In this document: positions 1 to 11,265 of the stretch, in pieces
Layout: each line of letters begins with the position of its first letter
How positions within the stretch are numbered: position 1 is the first letter of the stretch
Origin: an uncultured bacterium
GTDB taxonomy: Bacteria > Actinomycetota > Acidimicrobiia > Spongiisociales > ZC4RG35
Direction: 5' to 3'
Assembly (NCBI GenBank): GCA_963745865.1
Contig: CAVUYZ010000003.1
Location: 558,262 to 622,261, forward strand
DNA: 64,000 nt
Notes under the pieces: model-generated
What the model was told of the DNA's origin: nothing
The model's input: only the letters and a program-made list of their open reading frames with translations
The model's database searches: none
Program-made: the position numbers and the translations under genes

Positions 1-1
1 C

Positions 2-94
2 GACGCGCGTAATCGAGGCGAGGTCCAGCGGGCGCTGATCGAGCTCGTGGAGCACGCCCTCGTCAGGGCCAGGAAGAGCGAGTTGGCCGGCTGA
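2..94 (+). CDS. 3' end of a small ATP/GTP-binding protein (MglA/CvnD-like), truncated by the window edge
   Basis: Frame 2 reads DARNRGEVQRALIELVEHALVRARKSELAG*, resembling the 'DAR.R..V...LI.LVEHAL' C-terminus of actinobacterial conservon GTPases. Only 30 aa are visible. Confidence 0.55.
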   Translation, partial: DARNRGEVQRALIELVEHALVRARKSELAG

Positions 95-141
95 GCGCAG
101 CGTCGCTGTCTCCGCAGACCCACAGCACCAGCCGTGAAACC

Positions 142-972
142 TCAGGCTCGTCGACGGATGCGACGGATCGCCCTGTCGAAGTCAGCTTCGACAGGAGAGG
201 TGTCAGCGATATCGTCCGGTCGGCCGGTGTCCTCGGGTCCGGGGCCTTGGTCGCCATCCAATCGCGCCGACCAGGCAGCCTCGATGTCGCCTTGATCCTC
301 AGTTGGCTCGGGTCCATCGATGTCCGATGTCGGTCTGCCAGCCCGAGCTTCGTCGTCGACGAGGTCGCGTCTCCCTTCGAGGACGTGCAGTTCGGCTTTG
401 AGTTCGGCGATGCGGGTTGCCAACTCCATCTGCTCGTCGCGCATGTGCCGCTGCGTCGCCCGGTGCTGGGCTTCGGCAACGTCGTTGCGTCGTCGGGCGT
501 CATCGTCAATCTGAGCGGCGAGTCGCCGAGCGTTTTCGAGGGTCTCGTCGGCTCGGGCTACCGCCTCGGATCTCGCAACTCGCAGGATGTGGTCGGCCTT
601 CTCCCGCGCTTCGCGGACGATCTCGTCGGCGGTGTCCGGCTCGACGGGGTCGTCTGTCATCCGACGCGAATCCGGTTGTTCTCCGGTCATGCGTCGCGCT
701 TCTTCGATTGCGGTGCGATGCGAAGCATGAGCATCATCGAGGAGTGCCCTCACCTCGCTCTCGGTTTGTGCCCGGTAGGCATCGGCGGAGGCACGAATCT
801 CGGAAGCTTCTCTGTCCGCTGCATGGTGGAGTTGGGTAGCGGCATTGACGAGGGCGGATGCGCGTTGCTCGGCACTCTCAACGAGATCACGCGATTCTCG
901 GCGCGCCTGACGCATCAAGCGTTCGGCATCGACGATGAGCCGTTTCAGCCGTTCGCGACGCTCGGCGGTCAT
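142..972 (-). CDS. Coiled-coil protein (DivIVA/FilP-like), 276 aa
   Basis: Ala/Glu/Arg-rich helical repeats (EIVREAREKADHILRVARSEA) and a basic tail. ATGA overlap with the upstream gene. Confidence 0.7.
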   Translation of the reverse strand: MTAERRERLKRLIVDAERLMRQARRESRDLVESAEQRASALVNAATQLHHAADREASEIRASADAYRAQTESEVRALLDDAHASHRTAIEEARRMTGEQPDSRRMTDDPVEPDTADEIVREAREKADHILRVARSEAVARADETLENARRLAAQIDDDARRRNDVAEAQHRATQRHMRDEQMELATRIAELKAELHVLEGRRDLVDDEARAGRPTSDIDGPEPTEDQGDIEAAWSARLDGDQGPGPEDTGRPDDIADTSPVEADFDRAIRRIRRRA

Positions 973-2189
973 CGTCGACGCTTCGACCTGCGGCGCTTCC
1001 GATCGATGTCGGTTGTCCGGAAGGCGGCTGCGCTCAGCGGTTCGACCAATCGTGTGTTGGGAGCGAGACCGGTCACGACTCCAGGAGACGGAGCGTCGGT
1101 GTGATCGTCTTCATGATCCCAGGAGGCGTCGTCGCTCTCGTCGTTCGCATCATCCTCGTCGTCCGATGAATCGGCGGGATGCTCGGCGACGGGAACCGTG
1201 TCCGGTTGGTGGGCGGGTACCGGAGGGTCGAGGAGTTGTTCGTCGGGCACCATCCATGGTGAGACGAAGTCGGGGTCGTCCGATGTGTCGACCGTATCCG
1301 AATCGTCGCGTCGTGGAGTTGGTCCCGCCTTCGTGTGCTTCTTGGACTGAGGCACCGACGTGACAGACGCGGCCTGGGCTGATGAGACTGCCTCGGCAAG
1401 AGCTTCTCGGAGCGTTTCCAGTTCCCGCCGGAGCTCTGCGTTCCGTTCGTGCGTCTGCGCCAGCTCTGCTTCGAAGTCGCCGGTCAACGCGGAGATCTCG
1501 CTGCTGTGCTCAGAACTTGCGCGGTCGGTGGATTCGCGCCAGTCGAGTCGTCGCGCCTCTGTTTCCTGTTGCGCCGCACGGATGAGGCGATCCGCGGTCT
1601 CGCCGGCCTCCGTCGTCACTCGCTCTGCTTGCGCCCGGGCGTCGGAGAGCAAACGGTCGACCTCTGTTTCGCGATCAGCGAGCTCGCGTTCGCGGTCGGC
1701 GATCGACTCGAGACGCTCATTGACGAGGTTGCGGTCGATCGTCAGGTCACTCACCATCTGATGTGCGTCTGAGCGTGCGAGCTCGGTGATCTCTTCTGCC
1801 TGGCGCCGGGCGTCGTCGAGCGTTGTCTCGGCGTCCGAGACGAGCCGCTCGGCCTCGGTACGGGCGGTGTCGATGATCGACTCTGCTTCTGCGCCGGCCT
1901 CTTCTCTGATCTTCTGCGCCTCGGCCTCTGCAAGCGGTCTGACGTCGGCGACTTGTTCCTCGGCGTCGGCTACCGCAGCCGAGATGAGCTTGGACGCCCG
2001 CGCCTCGGCATCGGACACGATCGCAGCAGAGCGTGTCTCCGCCGCAGCTCGCTCGGCGATGGTCCAGATGTCGGCGGCTTCGACCAGCGCGAGATCGAGG
2101 ACCGCGGACGGCGACGTCGGCGGAAATGGGGGAGCGTCCGGACCCGACAGGGTGGACGGGACGTGCTCGATGGCAAGCTCGTCTGTCAT
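969..2189 (-). CDS. Coiled-coil protein (Scy/DivIVA-like), 406 aa
   Basis: Repeats such as EAESIIDTARTEAERLVSDAE, an acidic disordered region and a tail RKRRRSKRRR. AAAGGGG SD-like motif upstream. Confidence 0.75.
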   Translation of the reverse strand: MTDELAIEHVPSTLSGPDAPPFPPTSPSAVLDLALVEAADIWTIAERAAAETRSAAIVSDAEARASKLISAAVADAEEQVADVRPLAEAEAQKIREEAGAEAESIIDTARTEAERLVSDAETTLDDARRQAEEITELARSDAHQMVSDLTIDRNLVNERLESIADRERELADRETEVDRLLSDARAQAERVTTEAGETADRLIRAAQQETEARRLDWRESTDRASSEHSSEISALTGDFEAELAQTHERNAELRRELETLREALAEAVSSAQAASVTSVPQSKKHTKAGPTPRRDDSDTVDTSDDPDFVSPWMVPDEQLLDPPVPAHQPDTVPVAEHPADSSDDEDDANDESDDASWDHEDDHTDAPSPGVVTGLAPNTRLVEPLSAAAFRTTDIDRKRRRSKRRR

Positions 2190-2340
2190 GCGGTTCCGGA
2201 CCCCTTTCTCTCAGCCTATTCATCGGTCACGGTAGGCGACGGGTGAAGCCGTCGATAGGGTCGATTTTCGCGAACTCGATCGAATTTCGCTCTTTCCGTC
2301 GGATTCGGGGTGGGTCTCCCTACCGCTACGCTCCGCATCC

Positions 2341-3681
2341 ATGACCACCAGGCCCCGGACCATGGCCGGGGTGCTCGAATTGCTCCCCGCCGAACAAGTC
2401 GCGTTTCAACGGATGATCGACACGATTCGACGCGTGTACGAGTTGTTCGGATTCGTTCCGATCGAGACACCAGTCCTGGAGGTAGCCGACGTGCTGCTGA
2501 CCAAGACCGGGGGAGAGACCGAACGCCAGGTCTATTTCGCCCAGTCGACCGGTTCGCTCGAACAGGGCAAGGATCCGGATTTGGCGCTTCGCTTCGATCT
2601 GACTGTCCCGCTCGCGCGATATGTCGCCGAGCATGAGAACGACCTCACCTTTCCGTTCCGCCGCTATCAGATCCAGCGGGTCTACCGGGGGGAATCGGCA
2701 CAGCGAGGCCGATTCCGCGAGTTCTATCAGGCCGATATCGACATCGTGGGGCGAGGCAGTCTGCCGATCGAGGCTGACGCCGAATGCCCTGCCGTCATCC
2801 ATCGAGTTTTCACCGAATTGGGTATCGGATCTTTCACGATCCATGTCAACAACCGCAAGCTGATCCAGGGTTTCCTCTCGGAACTGGGTCGCGACGACCA
2901 CGCCGCAATCCTGCGAGAGGTCGACAAGCTCGACAAACAGGGACGCGAATCCGTCGAGTCGGCGCTGGTCGGGCTCGGATTGACCGACTCGGAAGTGTCA
3001 CGACTCTTCGACTTCGTGGGAGCGACTCCAGACGGCATCGGGTCGTCGTTGGCCCTGCTTCGCAGCATCACTGCGTCGAACGAGCGGATGGAGGCCGGAC
3101 GCCAGGAGCTGATCACCGTCTTCACCATGCTGGCGGATCTCGGGCTCCCCGACGGATCAGTCGTCCTGGATCCGTCGATCGCCCGAGGACTCGACTACTA
3201 CACCGGAACCGTGTTCGAGACCTTCCTCGACGATCACCTCGAGATCGGGAGTATCTGCTCCGGAGGACGTTACGACGACCTCGCCGGCCTCTACACCTCG
3301 ACTCACCTCCCCGGGGTCGGCATCTCCATCGGTCTGACCCGCCTCTTCTGGCAGCTTCGAGAGTTGGACAAGATCTCCGGGGCCGGACATCCCACGACCG
3401 TCTTCATCACCGTGATGTCGTCGGAGGACGAGCCATCGGCTCGGGCGCTCGCCGCCAGACTGCGCGATGGGTGGATTCCGACCGAGGTGGCGGCGAGCCC
3501 TTCGCGGCTCGGCAAGCAGCTCAAATACGTCGACCGATCGGGAATTCGATACGTCATCATCGCCGGGGAGGACGAGCGCTCCCGGGGTGTTGTTGCCGTC
3601 AAGGACATGGACGACCAGTCACAGATCGAGGTCGACATCGACGACCTCGTTGAACATCTCGAGAGCAGGGGAACCAGATGA
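2341..3681 (+). CDS. hisS: Histidine--tRNA ligase
   Basis: [44 protein letters not shown] motifs and a C-terminal anticodon-binding domain. Confidence 0.97.
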   Translation: MTTRPRTMAGVLELLPAEQVAFQRMIDTIRRVYELFGFVPIETPVLEVADVLLTKTGGETERQVYFAQSTGSLEQGKDPDLALRFDLTVPLARYVAEHENDLTFPFRRYQIQRVYRGESAQRGRFREFYQADIDIVGRGSLPIEADAECPAVIHRVFTELGIGSFTIHVNNRKLIQGFLSELGRDDHAAILREVDKLDKQGRESVESALVGLGLTDSEVSRLFDFVGATPDGIGSSLALLRSITASNERMEAGRQELITVFTMLADLGLPDGSVVLDPSIARGLDYYTGTVFETFLDDHLEIGSICSGGRYDDLAGLYTSTHLPGVGISIGLTRLFWQLRELDKISGAGHPTTVFITVMSSEDEPSARALAARLRDGWIPTEVAASPSRLGKQLKYVDRSGIRYVIIAGEDERSRGVVAVKDMDDQSQIEVDIDDLVEHLESRGTR

Positions 3682-5449
3682 CCGCATACCGCGACACCGC
3701 CGCAGGAACGATCGACATGGCGGCGATCGGAAAGACGGTGAAGATCGCCGGATGGGTCGCCAGACGACGAGATCACGGCGGCGTGGCATTCATCGACGTC
3801 CGGGATGCAAGCGGGATCGTCCAGGTCGTGGCGGATCCGTCGACGATCTCTGTCGTCGACGACCTCAGGATGGAGTACTGCATATCGGTGACCGGTGACG
3901 TTCGGCAGCGCCCCGAAGGAACTGTCAATCCCGAGATGGCAACCGGCGAGATCGAAGATCGGCGCATCCGAGATCGATGTGCTGAGTCCGGCGGAGGTGC
4001 TGCCATTCATGCTCGACGATCGGGGAGAGGTCGACGAGCGAGTGCGGCTCGAGTATCGGTATCTCGATCTGCGTCGGGAGAGGATGGCCTCGAATCTCAG
4101 GGCTCGGTCGGCCGCCACTGCCGCCATCCGACGGACCTTGGACGAGCGAGGGTTCCTCGAGGTCGAGACGCCGACACTGGTGGCGTCGACGCCCGAAGGA
4201 GCTCGTGACATGCTGGTTCCCAGCAGGCTTCGTGAGGGACATTTCTATGCGCTCCCGCAGTCCCCGCAACTCTTCAAGCAGCTGCTGATGGTGTCCGGCG
4301 TCGAGCGATACTTCCAGATTGCTCGCTGCTACCGCGATGAAGACCTTCGGTCGGATCGCCAACTCGAGTTCACACAGCTCGACCTCGAGGGAAGCTTCTG
4401 GGGTCAGGACGATGTCCTCGAGGCAATCGAGTCAACGCTGATCGCTGCGACGGCTGCCGTTCGCGGTGCAGAGCCACCCAACCCGTTCCCCCGAATGACG
4501 TGGCAGGAGGCGATGGATCGTTTCGGAACCGACAAGCCGGACACTCGGTTCGGGATGGAGATCGTCGATCTCGCCGAGGCCGTCAGGGACTCGGAGTTCA
4601 AGGTGTTCTCGTCGGCGCTGTCAGACGGGGGCGCCGTCCGGGGAATCAATGCCGGCAGCTTCGACCTTCCCAGGTCGAGAGCCGATGCACTCACCGAAAT
4701 CGCGAAGGATCAAGGCGCCAAGGGGCTCGTCTGGATGGTCGTCGAGGAAGACGGATCGTTGCGATCGCCGGTGACCAAGTTCCTCTCGTCCGACGAGCAG
4801 GAAGCAATCACACGTTCGCTCGCCGCATCGCGCCGGCGACGTCCTGTTGATCGTGGCCGACCGGTGGAAGACTGCCGTGACCGTGCTGGGGGCGTTGCGG
4901 GTCGAACTCGGCCGGCCTGCACGCCATGACGAGCTCGCGTTCCTCTGGGTGACCGACTTCCCGATGTTCGAGGAAGAAGACGATGGCTCGATCACGTTCT
5001 CCCATCATCCATTCACGTCCCCGCAGGATGTCGAGGTGATGGCGAACGAACCCGAGAAGGCACTGTCCAATGCGTACGACGCCGTCCTCAATGGCGTCGA
5101 GCTCGGATCGGGGAGTGTCAGAATCCATGACCCCGTCGTTCAGCAGCAGGTCTTCGACATCCTCGGGATCGACGCGGAGACGGCGGAGCGAATGTTCGGA
5201 TGGTTCCTGCGTGCTCTCAGGTTCGGGCCTCCGCCGCATGCGGGCTTCGCGTTCGGCATCGACCGGCTGGTGATGATCCTTCAGAACGAGGGTTCGATCA
5301 GAGAGGTGATCCCCTTCCCCAAGACCCAAACCGGCGTCGACCCGCTCACCTCCTCGCCCACGCAGGTCGCAGACGTCCAACTCGCCGAGCTCGGGATCAC
5401 GCTCCGGCCCGAGACTCGGGCCCGCCTCGAGGAGGGCGACCCCGAGTGA
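3678..5449 (+). CDS. aspS: Aspartate--tRNA ligase (likely non-discriminating); +1 indels at about 3955 and 4830
   Basis: [43 protein letters not shown] and [14 protein letters not shown] spread over three successive frames (ORFs 3678, 3895, 4847). Confidence 0.95.
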
Positions 5450-5471
5450 CCGGCTTGGGCTGCGACGACTG

Positions 5472-6824
5472 ATGGACCTGTTCGAGTCTGCGGGTCAGGA
5501 ACGAATCGGATCACACGCGCCGTTGCCTGCGCGGATGCGACCCCGGACCTTGGACGAGGTCGTCGGCCAGCCGGATCTGCTGAGCGATGGAGCGGCGTTC
5601 CGACGGATCGTCGAGTCCGGCCGTCCGGTGTCGATGCTGCTGTGGGGCCCGCCCGGCACCGGCAAGACGACGCTGGCGAGGCTGGTCGCCTCCCATGGCG
5701 ACGCAACGTTCGAGACGCTGTCCGCGACGAACGCCGGAGTCAAGGACGTGCGCGAGGTGCTGTCCGCGGCGAGGAACCGACTCACGATGGATGACCGGCG
5801 GACGGTGCTGTTCCTCGACGAGATCCATCGGTTTTCGAAGAGCCAGCAGGATGCACTGCTCCCGGGAGTCGAGGACGGCACGATCGTCCTGGTCGGTGCC
5901 ACGACCGAGAATCCCTTCTTCGAGGTGAACTCACCTCTTCTCAGCCGCATGACACTGTTTCGAACCGACAAGCTCGGCCCCGATGCGGTCGGAACGATGA
6001 TCGATCGGGCACTGAACGACGAACGAGGGCTCGCCGCCTTGGCGCTCGAGATCGACGATGATGCGAGAACTGCACTGATCGAACGCGCCGGCGGAGATGC
6101 GCGACACACATTGAACGCGCTCGAGGTTGCTGCCGCCCTCGCCGGAGGGCGCCAATCCGCTGTCATCAGCACCGAAGACGTGTCCGAGGCACTCCAGCGG
6201 CGCATCGTCAGGTACGACAAGGCCGGTGATCAGCACTACGACGTCGTCAGCGCATTCATCAAGAGTCTGCGTGGCTCCGATCCCGATGCTGCGATCTACT
6301 GGCTGCACCTGATGCTCGAGGGAGGTGAGGACCCTGAGTTCATCGTGCGACGCATGATGATCCTGGCATCCGAGGACATCGGACTCGCCGACCCGAACGC
6401 GCTCCTTCAAGCCAATGCGGCTGCACACACGCTGGCGATGGTGGGCCTGCCCGAGGCTTCGTTCGCTCTGACCCAGGCCGCCATCTACCTGGCGACCGCA
6501 CCGAAATCGAACACGGTGGCCAGAGCGATGGGCGCCGCTCGACGGTTGGTCGAGGAGGAACCTGGCAGCGTCCCCACGCACTTGAGGGATGGCCACTATC
6601 CCGGCGCAGAGAGCCTCGGCCACGGTTCCGGCTATCGATACGCCCACGATCATCCCCACAACATCGTGTCCCAGCGGTACTTTCCCGATGAAGTGGACGA
6701 ACGCCCCCTGTTCGATCCAGGTACGGAAGGGAGAGAGCCCCAACTCTCGAGGCGCCTGCGTTGGATCGACCGGGTTCTCGGGCGGGAAGGACGTCGGACC
6801 ACTCACACCGAGCCTGACGAGTGA
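5472..6824 (+). CDS. rarA: Replication-associated recombination protein A (AAA+ ATPase)
   Basis: PLPARMRP, GPPGTGKT, DEIHRF, YDKAGDQHYD..SAFIKS.RGSD. Confidence 0.95.
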   Translation: MDLFESAGQERIGSHAPLPARMRPRTLDEVVGQPDLLSDGAAFRRIVESGRPVSMLLWGPPGTGKTTLARLVASHGDATFETLSATNAGVKDVREVLSAARNRLTMDDRRTVLFLDEIHRFSKSQQDALLPGVEDGTIVLVGATTENPFFEVNSPLLSRMTLFRTDKLGPDAVGTMIDRALNDERGLAALALEIDDDARTALIERAGGDARHTLNALEVAAALAGGRQSAVISTEDVSEALQRRIVRYDKAGDQHYDVVSAFIKSLRGSDPDAAIYWLHLMLEGGEDPEFIVRRMMILASEDIGLADPNALLQANAAAHTLAMVGLPEASFALTQAAIYLATAPKSNTVARAMGAARRLVEEEPGSVPTHLRDGHYPGAESLGHGSGYRYAHDHPHNIVSQRYFPDEVDERPLFDPGTEGREPQLSRRLRWIDRVLGREGRRTTHTEPDE

Positions 6825-6898
6825 CGCGGCCTGATGAGTGATGCGGCTCGAATGGCTCACCACGATCGATGCGGATGTCGCCGGTTACGCTCGGTCGC

Positions 6899-7084
6899 AT
6901 GTTCGATCGGATCTGGTGGTTCTTGACCGGTGTTGTTGCAGGCGGGGTCGTTACCGTTCGGGCGCTGCGGCGAACCCCGCGCCCCGGAGACCTGAGAGCT
7001 GCTGCCGCCCACACCACCGCCGACCTGCTCGCGCTCACCGCCAAGGCGGTGCGGCCGCCGCGTCGGGTGCGGGTCGTCCGGTGA
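6899..7084 (+). CDS. Small membrane protein (DUF6167-like, typical upstream of actinobacterial alaS)
   Basis: MFDRIWWFLTGVVAGGVV N-terminus. TACGCT -10 lies 7 nt before the ATG. Confidence 0.65.
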   Translation: MFDRIWWFLTGVVAGGVVTVRALRRTPRPGDLRAAAAHTTADLLALTAKAVRPPRRVRVVR

Positions 7085-7141
7085 GGTTCGGACACAACCC
7101 AGGAATGGGCTCGCCGGGCTCTCACTAGTCTGCGTCCGTCC

Positions 7142-9761
7142 ATGGACTCCAACACGATTCGCAAGACATTCATCGACTTCTTCGCATCGCGCGGTCACAC
7201 CGTTCGACCATCCGCATCGGTGATCCCGACCGACCCCACGTTGCTGTTGACGAACGCCGGGATGGTTCCCTTCAAGCCGTATTTCCTGGGCGAGGAGCCG
7301 GCTCCATTCGACCGCGCCGTCTCGGTGCAGAAGTCGATCAGAACGATCGACATCGACATCATCGGAACCACCGTTCGGCACATGTCGTTCTTCGAGATGA
7401 TGGGCAACTTCAGCTTTGGTGACTATTTCAAGGCGGAGGCGATGTCCTACGCCAACGAGCTGCTCACCGATGGATTCGGACTGGACCCACACCGACTCTG
7501 GTACACGGCGTACGAGGATGACGACGAGGCATTCGATCTCTGGGTCAACCACGTCGGGATCACCCCGGAGCGGGTCCAGCGCGGTGGTAAAGACAACTTC
7601 TGGCAGATGGGCGTACCGGGGCCCTGCGGGCCGTCTGCTGAGATCTTCTATGACCGTGGGCCGGAGTTCGGTCCCGACGGTGGGCCAATCGGCGGAGGCG
7701 AGGAGCGATTCGTCGAGATCTGGAACCTCGTTTTCATGCAGAACATCCAGGACGAGCCGTACCACGTGATCGGCGATCTCCCGACGAAGAACATCGACAC
7801 CGGTCTCGGCCTCGAGCGACTGGCGATGATCCTCCAGGGTGCTGACTCTGCGTTCGGGATCGACAGCACGCTCCCGGTCCGCCTGGCTGCCGAGGCGTTC
7901 ACCGGCGTCGAATACGGCGTAGATCCCAACAGCGACGTGAGCCTCCGGATCCTGTGTGATCACGGCCGGACCATGTCGATTCTCATCGCCGATGGCGTCG
8001 TGCCGAGCAATGACGGCCGCGGCTACATCCTGCGGAGGATCCTCCGCAGAGCAGTGCGACACGCCTGGCAGTTGGGAGGGGAGGGCCTGATCACGCCGAA
8101 GCTGGTCGACGCCACCATCGGTGCGCTCGGTGGCTGGTACACGGAACTCACCGAGAAGTCGCAACTGATCCACCAGGTGGTCGAGCGCGAAGAGAAGAAT
8201 TTCCGGCGGACCCTGGAGTCCGGCCATCAGCTGTTGGATACGGAGTTGTCGAACCTCGAAGACACCGTGCTCCCCGGGCACGTTGCTTTCAAGCTGCACG
8301 ACACCTTCGGATTCCCGATCGAGCTCACGTCAGAGATCGCGTCCGAGGCCGGCGTCGATGTCGACCTCGATGCGTTCGACGAGGAGATGCAGGCGCAGCG
8401 CAGCAGGGCTCGCCGAGACTGGAAAGGCGGCGATGCCGCCGCCCGCGGCGAGTTCTATCGCGACGTTCTGGACACGGCCGGTCCCACGGACTTCGTCGGG
8501 TACGAGTGGCCAACCGCCACCGGACGGATTCTTGCGATCGTTCGCGACGGCGAGATGGTCGAGCGGGCTGAAGCGAAGCAGGAGGTCGAGGTCTTCGTCG
8601 ACCGGACCCCGTTCTATGCGGAGTCGGGCGGCCAGGTCGGCGACACCGGCACCATCCGGTCACCGACCGGCGAAATGGCGATCTCGGACACCCAACACGC
8701 GCTCCAGGGGCTTCACGGTCATCGCGGCATCGTGGCGTCGGGAGACTTGGCGATCGGTCAGGAGATCGAGTTGGTCATCGACGAACCGCGACGCGATCGA
8801 ATCCGCAAGTCGCACACCGGTACCCACGTCCTTCATTGGGCAGTGCGCGACGTTCTGGGCGATCATGCCAGCCAGGCCGGTTCCTTGGTCGAATCGGGAA
8901 GGCTCCGCTTCGACTTCAGCCACTTCTCGTCGACCTCCGCAACCGAGTTGGACGAGATCGAGCGCCTGGCGAACCTGCGCCTCATCGACAACTCCACTGT
9001 CACGACCACGGTGACCTCGAAAGACGAGGCTCAGGAGATGGGTGCCCTCGCCTTCTTCGGCGACAAGTACGGCGAGACCGTCAGAGTGGTCAAGGTCGGG
9101 GATTTCTCGGTCGAGTTCTGCGGCGGGACCCACACCCGCACCGCGGGCGAAGTCGGGCCCTTGATCGTGACCTCGGAATCGTCCATCGGATCCAACATCC
9201 GCCGCGTGGAGGCGCTCACCGGGTCGGCTGCCTACGACCATCTGCTCCAGCTGCGACATCGGCTGGATGCGGTCGGGAGCCTTCTGACGAGCGCCGTCCG
9301 GCGACGTGCCGGCTCGCGTCGAGTCGCTGCTCGGAAGGGTCGCCGAGTTGGAAGATCAGCTCGAGAGCATCAGGGCCGAACGTCGGGGCGAGCTCGCTGC
9401 CGAGTTGGCGGCTGAAGCTGAGGAGATCGGGGATGCCAAGCTCGTCGTTGCCTACGTGCCAGACATGACGCCTGACCAGCTCCGACAACTAGCGCTCGGC
9501 GTCAGAGATCGAATCGGCCACGGCGTGGTCATGCTCGGATCGGCGCCGGCCGGCAAGGGCGCGCTGATCGGAGCAGTCACCAAGACCCTCACGGAGGTCG
9601 TCCCGGCCGGCGAGGTGGTCGCGGAAGGTGCTCGCGTGATGGGCGGCGGTGGCTCGAGAGACCCAGAACTCGCCCAGGCAGGCGGTCCCGACGGGGAAAA
9701 GGTCGAAGCGGCCATCGACCGAATCCGGGAAACGGCTCGCCAGCGGTTGTCGGCATCTTGA
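7142..9761 (+). CDS. alaS: Alanine--tRNA ligase; +1 indel at about 9298
   Basis: DPTLLLTNAGMVPFK, FFEMMGNFSFGDYFK, HTGTH and EFCGGTH editing motifs. The C-terminal domain continues in ORF 9306..9761. Confidence 0.97.
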
Positions 9762-10169
9762 GCGATGGCCGGGTGATGGCCTTCGATCCAGGATCGAAGC
9801 GCATCGGGGTGGCAGTCAGCGATCCTCTCAGGATCGTGGCCAGCCCGTTGACCGTCATCGAGGCTCGGGAGCCGTGGGACGAGATCGATTCGCTCCTCGA
9901 GGAGTTCGACCCTGGAGTCCTGGTTGTCGGACTCCCGCTCTCGCTCGACGGGTCAGAGGGGCCATCTGCAGATCGGGCAAAACGATTCGGCGACGAGCTC
10001 GCCCGGCGTCAGAGCCCGCCCGATCGAGTACGTCGATGAGCGATACACGACCCAGATCGCAGAGTCTGCGCTCATCGAAGGCGGAGTCCGACGTCGAGAC
10101 AGGAAGCAGTCGGTCGATAAAGTGGCAGCTGCCGTCATCCTTCGGCACTATCTCGCAGCCAACCCTTGA
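9758..10169 (+). CDS. ruvX: Holliday junction resolvase-like/pre-16S rRNA nuclease YqgF; +1 indel at about 10005
   Basis: AFDPGSKRIGVAVSDP, VVGLP, then VDERYTT and VDKVAAAVIL in the next frame. Confidence 0.92.
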
Positions 10170-10176
10170 GAGCTCG

Positions 10177-11265
10177 ATGGAACCCTACGAACCATCCACA
10201 TCGATCTGGGCGTCACTTCGACCGCTCTTCGCCATCGTCGCCATCGTCGTGGCCGGAGTGGGGATCGTCACGATCGCCAGTTCCCTGGGCAGCAGCATCG
10301 GCGACAGGCTCGCCTCCGACGACACCTCGGTGACAGTCGAACCCGGCGTCCCGATCACGGTCGAGATCCCGGCAGGGTCGACCGGCCAAGACATCGCACG
10401 GATCCTCGAGGAGAACGGGGTCGTGGCGAGTGCCGCCGAGTTCGAGGCCACGATCAGGAGCGAGGGCCTCGACGGTTCACTCCGAGCCGGAAGCTACGAC
10501 CTGGAAACGGGGATGGCGCCCCGTGCTGTTGCCTCGATCATGGCCGCGGGCCCGGTCGTCCAGGTCTACGACATCACGATCCGTGAAGGTCTCAGAGTCA
10601 CCGAGATCCTCGATGTGCTCGCCGAGGGATCAGGCATCGACCGGAGCGAGTTCGAGACCGCCCTGTTCGGCGGGGGCGTCGACACGTCGATCGTCGAGAT
10701 CCCGGAGTCCTCTACCTTCGCCGATTGGGAAGGATTGCTGTTTCCCGACACGTACCGCTTCTCCGAGGCCGCGACCGCCGGCGACATCCTCAACCGGATG
10801 GCATCCACAATGGAACAGCGGATGGACGCAGTGGATTGGAGCGAGCTGGAAGCTGCCGGGTACACCCAGTACCAAGGCATCATCATCGCCTCGCTGGTCG
10901 AGGCCGAGGTACGGGTAGCCGATGAGCGACCACTCGTCTCGAGCGTCATCGAGAATCGGTTGTCCGACGGACAACTGCTCCAGATCGACGCAACTGTTCT
11001 CTATGGTCTGGGCACCCGCGACCCTGCCCTCTTCAACAACGAGGACGACTCCCCGTACAACACCTACCTGGTGGCAGGTCTGCCTCCGACCCCAATCGCC
11101 GCGCCGGGGCTCGCGTCGCTCCAGGCTGCAGCCAGTCCGGCGGACACCGTGTTCCGGTATTACGTGCTCGCCGACGAGAACGGGGCACATGCGTTCGCCG
11201 AGACCTTCGAAGAGCATCTGGTCAACGTCGCGGCAGCGAGACAGGCGGGGCTGCTCGAAGGATGA
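10177..11265 (+). CDS. mltG: Endolytic transglycosylase MltG
   Basis: N-terminal TM helix, EGLLFPDTY, IASLVEAE (catalytic Glu), LQIDATVLY, SPYNTY..GLPPTPI. Start placed at ATG 10177. Confidence 0.95.
   Translation: MEPYEPSTSIWASLRPLFAIVAIVVAGVGIVTIASSLGSSIGDRLASDDTSVTVEPGVPITVEIPAGSTGQDIARILEENGVVASAAEFEATIRSEGLDGSLRAGSYDLETGMAPRAVASIMAAGPVVQVYDITIREGLRVTEILDVLAEGSGIDRSEFETALFGGGVDTSIVEIPESSTFADWEGLLFPDTYRFSEAATAGDILNRMASTMEQRMDAVDWSELEAAGYTQYQGIIIASLVEAEVRVADERPLVSSVIENRLSDGQLLQIDATVLYGLGTRDPALFNNEDDSPYNTYLVAGLPPTPIAAPGLASLQAAASPADTVFRYYVLADENGAHAFAETFEEHLVNVAAARQAGLLEG

Noticed and set aside
2268-2290. Palindrome GCGAACTCGATCGAATTTCGC as a LexA box
   Set aside because: The right half does not match GTTCG of the TCGAAC-N4-GTTCGA consensus.
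9649-10176. Long N-terminal extension of MltG in the ORF track; likewise 61847..62773 for Lrp and 37952..38545 for the PAS kinase
   Set aside because: These extensions overlap neighbouring genes and are open by chance; better starts lie downstream.
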